NCBI GenBank assembly: GCA_020721805.1
Contig: DYMB01000001.1
Location: 243,149 to 307,148, forward strand
DNA from: Acetofilamentum sp.
GTDB lineage: Bacteria > Hydrothermota > 32-111
Direction of reading: 5' to 3'
DNA: 64,000 bases
Shown: piece by piece, positions 15,895-25,564 of the stretch
How positions within the stretch are numbered: the stretch's first letter is position 1
How the letters are laid out: every line of letters begins with the position of its first letter
Notes under the pieces: generated by a model
The model's input: the letters and a program-made list of their open reading frames with translations, nothing else
The model's database searches: none
Told to the model about the DNA's origin: nothing
Translations under genes and position numbers: made by a program

Positions 15895-18633
15895 ATGTTA
15901 AAAGATATTTTTCATAAAATTCATAAAAAAATAGTTTTTGATAATTTTATAGATAGCCTGCTTATTTTTACTTTTTGGGGAATAACATCGTTAGTAGTTT
16001 TTGCTTTCATAGATCTATTCTTCTACCATTCTGAAAAATTATTTTTACTTTTTATTTTATCTTCTTTGATTTTTTCCTTTAAAACTTTTTTCATTTTTTT
16101 GTTAAATGAAAGAGAATCTATAAAAAGATACAATCTTTTGAATAAAAATTTGAAAAATGTCCCACTCACGATCTATGAGAATATTGAAAAAAATAATGGT
16201 TATATTGAAATTCTAATGAAGAATTTCACAGAGGATACCATAAAGAAGAGTATTTTTTATGATCAAAAAAGAAGGGAGACGATTGTTAGAAAAAATTTTT
16301 TTATCCTTTCAGTTTTTTTGATTTTAATAATAATGTTTCCGTTAGTTTTTACCAACTTTTTTAATTTGACTGAAAAAATTGTTGTTTTGAAAGATTGCTC
16401 AAACAAGGTTAAGATTCTTTCATTCAACTATGGTAGCATAGTTGGAAAACTTCTTGTGACAAACGGTTCAGAATTTTTTCCCTATATCGATGGTATGGAT
16501 TATCCTTACGGTTTAAAGATCTTTTTCGTTGGTCCAAAAGTTCAATCGAATATTTTACCTGTGAAACTTTTGAAAGGTTTTAAAATAGATTCCATATCAA
16601 GTCTTGTTAAACCTTTAAAATATACAGGAGTAAAAAATTATAATGTATCCGGAAATATTTTTGATCTCCCTGAATTCTCAGATGTTGATGTTAAAATATC
16701 TTTTAACGACCAGACCCATCGGAAAATATTTTTTAAAAATTTATCCTCCGATAGTGTATATAAAATTTTTAAAGGGAAATATTCAGATTCGATTAAAATG
16801 AATGTTGTTAAAGATAACACTCCACAAGTTTTAATTCTGATGGATAAAAAAGATATTTCAGCAAAAAAATATTTAACGATACCTGTTATGTTTAAAGATG
16901 ATTACGGTATAGATTCTTTATATTTGATTTTGAAAAAAAATGATGATTCTCTAACTAAGGGATACAAATTTTATGGTCTTGATACCATTTTAATTTTTTC
17001 TTTAGATATGGAATCACTTACAGATTGTGAACAATTATATTTCAAGGGGAAAGATAACAATCCTGAAAGAAGACAACTCGGTTTTTCAGAAAGATTATAT
17101 TTAAAAGAAAACTTTTTGTTATCTTCAATTTATGATTCAACATATGTCAAAAACGAGTTTTTAAAAGATATTGATAGATTCTCTGAAAATGTTTACGATA
17201 TATTAACAAGGAAAGATAATTCGAATCTTGAAAAAAAGATCGAGGAGTATAGAGAAAGACTGAACGAATTGAAGGAGAATATTGAAAATGTTAAGAAGGA
17301 AATTAAAGATCTATCAGAATATAAAATACCAGATAAAATTTATAAAGGGATGTTTGAAATTAAAAAAGAGATAGAAAAACTTGATAAAAATTTACTTTCA
17401 AAACTTGATTCGATTTTGAAGAGTTCAAAAAAGATAGAAAACGATTTTGAAAGAAAAGAGATCCTCGAAAAAATAAAAAATCAGGACAGTTTAATCCAAA
17501 AAAATTTAGAAGAATTAAAAAAAATGATAAAGGATCTTAACACGCTTTTTTTACTGAACCAGATGAGGGAAGATATAGAAAAACTTTTACAGAAACAGGA
17601 TTCTATCATATCCAATGAAAACATAAAAGGTCAAGAAGAGATAACACGGTCTCTGGGAAAAATGAAAGAAAAAAGTTTAAAAGATTTGCAACTGAACGAA
17701 TTTGAAAAACCTATTGACGAAACATATAAACTTTCAAAAAAATCAGAAAAAGATCTTTCGGAACGAAAGAGAGTAAAAGAAAAATTGGAAAACTTAAAAA
17801 AGGATCTTGAGAAAAAAATTGAACAACTTGAGGGCAGCGAAAAAAGATATGATAAATATCTTGTAATATATTCTATACTTTTCATAAATGAGATTGTTGA
17901 TAGCACACAGGATAGGGAATTGATAAACGATCTGTATATGTCAATAATAGATTATGTTGATGAAAGCCCAACATCACCTTTGACAATACTTTTAAAAACA
18001 GCACAGAGGATTGTGGTTTTAAGTGAAGGTGATTTCACATCATTAAAAAAACATAACCTTTCTATAATTCTTTATCTTTTAAAAGAGAATCCATCAGGTG
18101 AATCTACCGGTTCTATGGAGGATATATCTGAAAAATTGTCAAAGATATCAGAAGAACAGATGAAGATCTCTCAGACACTCTGGGAAATGTTCAATAAAAG
18201 CGAAATTTCAAAAGATATGCTTGATATGCTTTCTGATCTTGAAAAAAAACTTTCTCAAAAGATGAAGGAAATTGGAGAAAAAACTGGAGATGATGTTGGT
18301 GAAAACATATCATCACTTGCTGATTCTTTGAAAGATGTATCGGAAGAGTTAAAAAAAGGAAATCTTGACGAAGAGATTCTAAAAAAACAGGAAAGAGTTT
18401 TAAAGAGGATGTTGAATTTAACAAAATCGATATACAGAAAAGGAATAGAGGAAAAAAGGGAGAGTAAAACTGGAAAAGATTACAACCTCCCATTCAGACT
18501 TATCACGCCGGAAGATTTTGGTTATAAAAAATATTGGGAATTGAAAAAAAAATATAAAAATATTTATGATTTTAAAAGAAAAGAATGGATACCTCTTTTA
18601 AAACTTTATTACAGGGAACTTATAAATGAATAG
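15895..18633 (+). CDS. DUF4175-like membrane-anchored protein (3 TM, beta domains, long coiled coil)
   Basis: N-terminal TMs; P.KYTG and DDYGI motifs; KDNTPQV; C-terminal KQERVLKRML...EEKRES..Y pattern as in FCB DUF4175-like proteins. Confidence 0.65.
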   Translation: MLKDIFHKIHKKIVFDNFIDSLLIFTFWGITSLVVFAFIDLFFYHSEKLFLLFILSSLIFSFKTFFIFLLNERESIKRYNLLNKNLKNVPLTIYENIEKNNGYIEILMKNFTEDTIKKSIFYDQKRRETIVRKNFFILSVFLILIIMFPLVFTNFFNLTEKIVVLKDCSNKVKILSFNYGSIVGKLLVTNGSEFFPYIDGMDYPYGLKIFFVGPKVQSNILPVKLLKGFKIDSISSLVKPLKYTGVKNYNVSGNIFDLPEFSDVDVKISFNDQTHRKIFFKNLSSDSVYKIFKGKYSDSIKMNVVKDNTPQVLILMDKKDISAKKYLTIPVMFKDDYGIDSLYLILKKNDDSLTKGYKFYGLDTILIFSLDMESLTDCEQLYFKGKDNNPERRQLGFSERLYLKENFLLSSIYDSTYVKNEFLKDIDRFSENVYDILTRKDNSNLEKKIEEYRERLNELKENIENVKKEIKDLSEYKIPDKIYKGMFEIKKEIEKLDKNLLSKLDSILKSSKKIENDFERKEILEKIKNQDSLIQKNLEELKKMIKDLNTLFLLNQMREDIEKLLQKQDSIISNENIKGQEEITRSLGKMKEKSLKDLQLNEFEKPIDETYKLSKKSEKDLSERKRVKEKLENLKKDLEKKIEQLEGSEKRYDKYLVIYSILFINEIVDSTQDRELINDLYMSIIDYVDESPTSPLTILLKTAQRIVVLSEGDFTSLKKHNLSIILYLLKENPSGESTGSMEDISEKLSKISEEQMKISQTLWEMFNKSEISKDMLDMLSDLEKKLSQKMKEIGEKTGDDVGENISSLADSLKDVSEELKKGNLDEEILKKQERVLKRMLNLTKSIYRKGIEEKRESKTGKDYNLPFRLITPEDFGYKKYWELKKKYKNIYDFKRKEWIPLLKLYYRELINE

Positions 18634-19936
18634 AAATAAAAAGATAATTTTTATTTTTTTTCTTTTTCTTTCCTTTATTGGTCTTCTGGCAAAGGGAATA
18701 GAGGAAATTGTTAAAGATGGCGATTTTAAGATAATACTTAAAGAACTGGATGCATCTTCAAAAAAAGATAATATTTTGAAAATTATATTTTTAAATAGGG
18801 AGAGTTTTAAAAAACCTGATTATGAATATTTTTTGAGAAATCTGATAAAAAGGGATGGTGTTGTGGAAATCTACCTTTCATTATTCAAAAAGGATCGGAT
18901 AAAAGAGAATGAATATATTATATTTCTAAAATATTTTAAGGATAAAAATGATAAAAAATTATATTATGATTATATAGTTAGATTTTCTGATGAAAAAAAT
19001 CTTGATTACAAAAAATTGAGTGCTCAATTTGCAGCGGAGAGTAGACTTGAAGATCTATACGAACTGTTGCCCAATCACAACAGGTTAAAAGTTTACATTG
19101 CAGCAAGGCTCTTGTATAAAACAGGGAAGGAAGAATTTTCTAAATATATTTCAAAGAGTGGGAAAGAAAATATTCTGGACATATTTGAATCTGGCATCCT
19201 TAGTATGCAGAACAAAATTTTAATTTTAGAAAATGCTAAAAATAAAAATGTTATAGATAATAAACTGTCAGAAGATATCTTTAAGATATCTTTCTATGAT
19301 TTTAAAAAAGATTATACCGAATTTTTAAAAAATTCGAAATATGAGTTTTCGTATAGGAATTTTCGAAAAGTTTTTAAAAGTGAAGAGACATATTTATCAA
19401 GAGAGGATTCTTACTTCTATCCTTTGACACTTCTTTTTTTAAACAATTTCAATGATTTAAAGATTTTTCTTGAAAAGGATAAAACGATCGATCCTGAAAG
19501 AAGAATATATGTTTCTTTTCTTTTGAATCTTTTTTTATCAGATGAAGAAAGATCTTTTGATAACCTTATTAAACTTCTTTCATCTGGAGTTGATGATTTT
19601 GTAAAGTTAAGTGCTCTTGAATTTTATTTGGTTTCTAAAAAAATAAATGATGGAAAATTCCTGCAATACTATTTGATGGGTGATAGAGAGAATATGAAAC
19701 CCTTTATAAAAAGTATAGGGAAAAATTCTATTTTTTATTATGAGATGCTTGTAGAGGAAAAAAGATTTGATGAAATTAAACTTTTTAAATTTAAAAATTT
19801 TGAAAATGAGGCACTTATGACACAGATACTTGTTTACGATATAAAGAATGGTATGGTTGATAAATATGATATCGAAGAGTTTTTAAAAAAGTATCAGAAG
19901 AGTCCTTTTAAAAATCTGTTTATCAAATATTTATGA
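18626..19936 (+). CDS. Exported all-helical (degenerate TPR-like) hypothetical protein
   Basis: Signal peptide; helical composition; C-terminal EEFLKKYQKSPF resembles the F...YP.S end of BamD/TPR-like proteins; overlaps both neighbours. Confidence 0.55.
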   Translation: MNRNKKIIFIFFLFLSFIGLLAKGIEEIVKDGDFKIILKELDASSKKDNILKIIFLNRESFKKPDYEYFLRNLIKRDGVVEIYLSLFKKDRIKENEYIIFLKYFKDKNDKKLYYDYIVRFSDEKNLDYKKLSAQFAAESRLEDLYELLPNHNRLKVYIAARLLYKTGKEEFSKYISKSGKENILDIFESGILSMQNKILILENAKNKNVIDNKLSEDIFKISFYDFKKDYTEFLKNSKYEFSYRNFRKVFKSEETYLSREDSYFYPLTLLFLNNFNDLKIFLEKDKTIDPERRIYVSFLLNLFLSDEERSFDNLIKLLSSGVDDFVKLSALEFYLVSKKINDGKFLQYYLMGDRENMKPFIKSIGKNSIFYYEMLVEEKRFDEIKLFKFKNFENEALMTQILVYDIKNGMVDKYDIEEFLKKYQKSPFKNLFIKYL

Positions 19937-21147
19937 AAAAAATATTTATAATTTTAATTTTTATTTCTTTAAAAATTTATCCTTACATTTTTATTCCTAT
20001 GGATGAAGAGCAGTCCGATCATCTCAGATCGTATGGTGTTGTTTTTAGAGCCTTGGAAGATAATGTTAAGGTAGAGTGGCTTTTAAACTACAGGGGAGGT
20101 AGTTTTATAATTCTATCAGATCTTTATGAAAAAGATTGTATAAAGAATGGTGTTCTTTTTTACAACATTTCTCAGGAGAGAAGGGAATATTTTAACTCTT
20201 TATGTGAAAAGATGGTTCTTCTCGAAAAAGCTCCAAAATTGGCAGTTTATTCTCCACCTGATAAGGAACCATGGGATGATGCTGTAACACTTGTTCTTGA
20301 TTATGTTGGGATAAAATATGATGTTATTTATGATAGGGAAGTGTTGAACGGAAAGATTTTTGAATACGATTGGTTGCATCTTCATCATGAAGATTTTACA
20401 GGGCAGTTTGATAGATTCTATATTTCTTCCTTTTATCAACCCTGGTTTAGAAAGATGTATAATATGAACAAACAGATAGCAAAAGACCTTGGTTATGATA
20501 AATACTGGAAAGTCAAAAGGGATGTGGCGGCGCAGATAAAAACTTATGTTTCAAATGGTGGATTTTTGTTTGCGATGTGTTCAGGGACGAATACTCTTGA
20601 TCTTGCATTATCGTTAGGTTATCAGGATATTATACCTTCAATACTCGATAACGATGGAACCCAACCGCCCACACCCGACTATTCGAAAACACTCGCATTT
20701 GAAAATTTTATGCTTAACGATAAACCTGACATTCAAATGGATGATATAGACTATGAACCTTCAGATAAAATGTCGTGGGAGAATAAAAAGTTTAAATTGA
20801 AAAAATTCTCACCAAAATTTGATCTCGTGGAAACGATGTTGACTCAGAACCATACCCAATTCATAAATGAATTTCTTGGAAGAACAACATCCTTTGATAA
20901 GAAAAAAATAAAAAAGAATGTCGTGATACTCGCTGATAGTTATGACCCGAAATATGCCAAATACATACATGGTTTTTTCAAAGATGGTTTTTTTACCTTT
21001 CTTGCAGGGCATGATCCTGAAGATTATGTTCACTATGTAAACGATCCACCAACTGATTTGCAATATTTTAAAAACTCTCCGGGATACAGACTCATTCTGA
21101 ACAATGTTCTTTTCCCCGCATCAAGGGAGAAAAAAAAGAAGACATAA
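19933..21147 (+). CDS. Conserved exported FCB protein with a class I glutamine amidotransferase-like fold (family often mislabelled asparagine synthetase B)
   Basis: Signal peptide; IPMD..Q.DHL.SYG, WLLNYRGGSF, PWDDAVTL, DWLHLHHEDFTGQ, GGFLFAMCSG, GHDPED, SPGYRLILNNVLFPA. Confidence 0.75.
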   Translation: MKKIFIILIFISLKIYPYIFIPMDEEQSDHLRSYGVVFRALEDNVKVEWLLNYRGGSFIILSDLYEKDCIKNGVLFYNISQERREYFNSLCEKMVLLEKAPKLAVYSPPDKEPWDDAVTLVLDYVGIKYDVIYDREVLNGKIFEYDWLHLHHEDFTGQFDRFYISSFYQPWFRKMYNMNKQIAKDLGYDKYWKVKRDVAAQIKTYVSNGGFLFAMCSGTNTLDLALSLGYQDIIPSILDNDGTQPPTPDYSKTLAFENFMLNDKPDIQMDDIDYEPSDKMSWENKKFKLKKFSPKFDLVETMLTQNHTQFINEFLGRTTSFDKKKIKKNVVILADSYDPKYAKYIHGFFKDGFFTFLAGHDPEDYVHYVNDPPTDLQYFKNSPGYRLILNNVLFPASREKKKKT

Positions 21148-21148
21148 C

Positions 21149-22288
21149 CTATTTTTTCTGCTCGATAATTTTTTTATAAAATTTTTCTATTTTGATTATA
21201 ACATTCTCCCATGAATATTCTTTTGATTTAATCAATCCATTTTTTCTGAAGAATGCTCTTTTGTTTTCATCCTCTGTTAACTCGATGAGTTTTGATAAGA
21301 GTTCAGAGTCATCTTCATTGTTGAAAAGCAATCCATCCTTTTTGTCATCTATAACCTGAGAGTATCCATGGATTCTGGATGCTATTATCGGGGTTCCGCA
21401 GGACATCGCTTCAAGTAATACTATGCCGAAAGATTCACCCCCAAGTGCAGGTGAACAATATATGTCCGCTGTCCTATAGTATTTTGGTATATCCTCTTTT
21501 TTCACATAACCTGTAAAGATTACAGATTTTTCTATACCATATCTTCTCACAAGATCTTTTGCAGTTTTTTCAAGTGGTCCTTTACCAGCGATAATGAGTT
21601 TAGCCTCATTCTTTATTTTGACGAATCTGTTAAAAACATCTATTATTTTTAAAACACCCTTCCTTAAGTCAAGTCTTCCAAGAAAAAGTATTTTGGGAAA
21701 ACCTTCAATATTAAAATTTTCACCTCTTTCAGTAAAAAAATCGGTATCAACTCCTGCCGGGATTATCTCATACTCTCCAGGGAAATAAGGTTCCATTGCT
21801 AATTTCGCAGTCTGTGATATGGCAAGATAACCTGATATTTTGTTAAGATATTTTTTATAAACCATTTTAAAAATAGAGGAACCTGATTTGTAAAATTTAA
21901 ATCCAGCATTTAAAAATGCAGCTATATTTATGCTATTTGAAAAATGTAATGCAAAAAAAGATAAGGATGGAAAGAATGGTCCGTTTAGATGTATTATATC
22001 AAAATAATTTTTATTGAGAAAATTTTTTACCGATGGGTAGATATCCGTTCCAAAAGCCATTGTTGCATAGGATCTGTTCAAAGGTATCATCAAAACCTTT
22101 CCAAACCTGACAACCCTATCCTCATCCGTCTGATTCTTATAATTTGTTGTTAATATGGTTACATCGTTGCCATTCTTTTTCAAATATTTTGAAAGGTAAT
22201 ATGTATACTCGGAAACTCCGGATGGATATGGATAATATGGATCCGAAACCACAAGTATTTTTAAATTTTTTTTATCTTTTTTCATCAT
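21149..22288 (-). CDS. GT4 glycosyltransferase, PimA-like
   Basis: SGV, LFLGRLDLRKG, SPALGGESFGIVLLEAM. Confidence 0.88.
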   Translation of the reverse strand: MMKKDKKNLKILVVSDPYYPYPSGVSEYTYYLSKYLKKNGNDVTILTTNYKNQTDEDRVVRFGKVLMIPLNRSYATMAFGTDIYPSVKNFLNKNYFDIIHLNGPFFPSLSFFALHFSNSINIAAFLNAGFKFYKSGSSIFKMVYKKYLNKISGYLAISQTAKLAMEPYFPGEYEIIPAGVDTDFFTERGENFNIEGFPKILFLGRLDLRKGVLKIIDVFNRFVKIKNEAKLIIAGKGPLEKTAKDLVRRYGIEKSVIFTGYVKKEDIPKYYRTADIYCSPALGGESFGIVLLEAMSCGTPIIASRIHGYSQVIDDKKDGLLFNNEDDSELLSKLIELTEDENKRAFFRKNGLIKSKEYSWENVIIKIEKFYKKIIEQKK

Positions 22289-23594
22289 AAAAATCTTTTC
22301 CTGAAAGGTATTCGAATAGAATCGGTTCTTTCATTTTTACAATATCAGATATGGTATTTGAAATATCTCTTATCTCCCACTGTGCATGTTTATCCGATCT
22401 GAGACGGACAAAATGATAGATCTCTCTAACATTCATTTTTAGAATAACTTTTCTTTTTGTAGAGTTGAGCACGGCATATTTGTAAAGTAGAGGATTCTTG
22501 CCATAAAGTGATAATGAGAGTTCTTTGCTTTCCAGAGCAAGGTTTAACAACTTTTTTTCAAAGGGAGTATTCTTTAAAGTTTCAGGGATAACAGGTTTAG
22601 AGTTTATATCGTAACCCTGAGTTATTATTGTAGCCATTCTATGTCTTTTCAATTGAGCGTAACATGATGCTGAACATGATATTAGAAATGTGAAATCAAC
22701 AAGTTCAAACTCTCTTGGAGGTTTATCAAAAGATTTTAAATTTTTAAAAATATTTTTTATAAAATTCTTTTTTGAATTTTCATCGTAATTCTTGATGGAA
22801 AGATTTTTACCCTCCCTGTGGAAAAGATATGATGAGATAATTCTTTTAAATCCATCATAATCATATTTTAAAAGTTTAACACTTTTTTTTAAAGTAGATC
22901 CTTTGGGTATGTTTTCAAGATCTTTGAATTTTTCATCGGGTTGAGTGTACTTTATTATTGATGGGGAGAGTCTTGTCGATTCTTTTTCAAGTTCGTTTGC
23001 AATGTTGTAAAGTTCAACAATGTTTTGACTTTTCAATCTTGAGATCATATATTCAAGAGTTCTACCGTTAAGAGTCATACCACACTGTGTTAGGGTTGAT
23101 AATGGTAAAAAATATCTGGAATCTTCATTGGATGTTTGTCTATCATTTTTCTGGTTTAAATACTCATAGGATTTTTCATAAAGTTGAAAACATCTTTTGT
23201 TAAAATTGACAAATTTTTCAAGTAGATCTTTATCATCCTTCAATTCGTATGGGATTATAAAACCTGTATGTGTGTTGACATATCTCTGTGATTTTTCGGT
23301 AAAGGCTGCAAGTCTATGGTGTTGTATATATTCTATCGCTAACCTTGATATATCAACAAGATCAAAATTAAAGACAGCATGTTCAGCTATCGATGAGTGT
23401 CCGAGTTGAAAAACAATTTTTTCATTGGATCTTCTTGCGTTGACTATATCCTTTGCGGATTCTTCCCTTAACTCCTTTATACTCTTTGAAGATCTTGATA
23501 TCCTTGCATATGCTGCACATAGAGTTTCAGGTGTTTTTATATAACGATCACCAAATTCTCTATCATAGTTGAAACCTGAAAGTTCCACCTTCAT
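22272..23594 (-). CDS. thyX: FAD-dependent thymidylate synthase, tandem two-domain form
   Basis: AAYARISRS, LGHSSIAEHA, ISR, HHR..FTEKSQRY; second domain QLKRHR, MNVRE..HFVRLR...HAQWEIR. Confidence 0.9.
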   Translation of the reverse strand: MKVELSGFNYDREFGDRYIKTPETLCAAYARISRSSKSIKELREESAKDIVNARRSNEKIVFQLGHSSIAEHAVFNFDLVDISRLAIEYIQHHRLAAFTEKSQRYVNTHTGFIIPYELKDDKDLLEKFVNFNKRCFQLYEKSYEYLNQKNDRQTSNEDSRYFLPLSTLTQCGMTLNGRTLEYMISRLKSQNIVELYNIANELEKESTRLSPSIIKYTQPDEKFKDLENIPKGSTLKKSVKLLKYDYDGFKRIISSYLFHREGKNLSIKNYDENSKKNFIKNIFKNLKSFDKPPREFELVDFTFLISCSASCYAQLKRHRMATIITQGYDINSKPVIPETLKNTPFEKKLLNLALESKELSLSLYGKNPLLYKYAVLNSTKRKVILKMNVREIYHFVRLRSDKHAQWEIRDISNTISDIVKMKEPILFEYLSGKDFYDEKR

Positions 23595-25564
23595 CTTTTC
23601 CCCAGCATATTTAAAAATTCTGACTCAGAAATGATCTTTACTTTAAGTTTTTTCGCCTTATCAAGTTTCGATCCGGGATTTTCACCCATTATGAGATAGT
23701 TGGTCTTTGTTGATACATTTTCAGAGAAGTTACCGCCATTTTCAATTATAATGTTTTTTATCTCATCCCTTTTAAAATTTTTCAGGGTTCCAGTTATGAC
23801 GAAAAGGATACCTTTTAGAACCTCAGATTTTTTATCTTTTTCTATTTTTATTTTACAGGACAGAAGATCTTTGATGAGATTTATATTCCCTTGATTTTTA
23901 AAAAACATCTGAATGTTTCTGACTGTCTCATCGCCGATACCTTCAATACCTTTAAGTTTTTCATAATCGCTATTCATAAGTTCATCTATAGAGTCAAAAA
24001 CTTCGGCAAGTTTTTCCGAAAGAAATTCTCCAACATTTTTTATCCCGAGTGAATAGATGAATCTTTTGAGTGTTGTTTTTTTTGAATTCTCAATTGAATT
24101 TAAAATATTGTTTGCACTCTTTTCTTTGATCCTTGGTATCTGAAAAAGTTTTTCTTTTGTCAGTCTGTAAATGTCAGGTATGGTTTTTATAAGATCGTAT
24201 TGAAGTAATTTTTTTACCATCATTTCACCAAGGTTTTCGATGTTCATAGCCTTTTTTGAACAGAAATGTATTATGGATAATTCTATCTGTGCAGGGCAAT
24301 TCTTGTTGATACATCTTAAAGCGACTTCGTCTTCATATTGTATCAAGGGTTGTCCACAGGAAGGGCATATGGTAGGTTTTGATATTTTTATCTCGGTTCC
24401 ATCTCGTTTATCGTTAAGAACTCTTATGATCTTTGGTATTATTTCCCCACTCTTTTCTATCTCAACATGATCGTTAATTTTTATATCGAGTCTTTCTATC
24501 TCATCAAAATTGTGAAGAGTTGCCCTTTTTACGGTTGAACCTGAAATGTATACAGGGTCAAGATTAGCCACCGGTGTTATTATTCCTGTTCTTCCCACTT
24601 GAAATGATACATATAAAAGTTTTGTTATACTCCTTTCAGGTTCATATTTAAAAGCGAAAGCCCATTTTGGTGATTTTGAAGTGTATCCTATTATATCTCT
24701 TAAATAAAGTTGATTTATCTTTATTACGATACCATCCGTTTCATATGGTAGAGTGTCCCTATCGGTTTTGAATTTTTCTTTTATATCCAGAACTTCAAGA
24801 ATATTCTTTGCGATATAATACTTTTCAACAATGGGAATTCCAAAAGATTTTAAAATTTCAAGAGTTTCGGTATGGGTTGATGCAAGATCAGTTATAACGG
24901 TGTGTATTCTTATTGAAAGACCTCTTCTTGCAACCTCTTTTGGTGCAAGAAGTTTCAAGGTTCCAGATGCCGCATTTCTTGCATTGGAGAATGGATATTT
25001 TTCAATCAATTTTGAAAATCTTTCCTTTGTGAAAAAGACCTCTCCTCTAACTATGAGTTCACCTTTGTATTCCGTGTTCAAAACGAGGGGTAGTTCCCTT
25101 ATGGTTTTAATGTTTGCCGAAACATCATCACCGATATTACCATCACCTCTCGTAAGACCTTTAAAAAATTTAGAATCCCTGTAGATTATCGAAACGGCAG
25201 CCCCATCTATTTTTGGCTCAACCGTGTATGTGTAGTTATCTTTAACCGATGTTTTTATCCTTTTATCAAATTCAAGGATTTCCCTATCCGAATATGTGTT
25301 TTCAAGTGATAACATTCTTGGGTTATGGGAAAATTTTTCAAAATTCTCTATATTCTTTTCTGATACCCTCTGGGTCGGGGAGAATTGAGAATAAAACTGT
25401 GGATATTTCTTTTCAAGTTCAAGCAGCTGGTGGTAAAGTTTATCATATTCGTAATCATCGATTAAAGGATCGTTTAAAACATAATAATGGTAATCATATT
25501 TTTCTATGATCTTACGGAGTTGTTCTATTCTTTCCCTAATCACATTATCATTTATTTTTACCAT
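23591..25564 (-). CDS. ligA: NAD-dependent DNA ligase
   Basis: EPKIDG adenylation motif, TRGDG, RGEV, NARNAASG, DGIVIK, C4 zinc finger, HhH, BRCT (GSKL.KA). Confidence 0.98.
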   Translation of the reverse strand: MVKINDNVIRERIEQLRKIIEKYDYHYYVLNDPLIDDYEYDKLYHQLLELEKKYPQFYSQFSPTQRVSEKNIENFEKFSHNPRMLSLENTYSDREILEFDKRIKTSVKDNYTYTVEPKIDGAAVSIIYRDSKFFKGLTRGDGNIGDDVSANIKTIRELPLVLNTEYKGELIVRGEVFFTKERFSKLIEKYPFSNARNAASGTLKLLAPKEVARRGLSIRIHTVITDLASTHTETLEILKSFGIPIVEKYYIAKNILEVLDIKEKFKTDRDTLPYETDGIVIKINQLYLRDIIGYTSKSPKWAFAFKYEPERSITKLLYVSFQVGRTGIITPVANLDPVYISGSTVKRATLHNFDEIERLDIKINDHVEIEKSGEIIPKIIRVLNDKRDGTEIKISKPTICPSCGQPLIQYEDEVALRCINKNCPAQIELSIIHFCSKKAMNIENLGEMMVKKLLQYDLIKTIPDIYRLTKEKLFQIPRIKEKSANNILNSIENSKKTTLKRFIYSLGIKNVGEFLSEKLAEVFDSIDELMNSDYEKLKGIEGIGDETVRNIQMFFKNQGNINLIKDLLSCKIKIEKDKKSEVLKGILFVITGTLKNFKRDEIKNIIIENGGNFSENVSTKTNYLIMGENPGSKLDKAKKLKVKIISESEFLNMLGKR

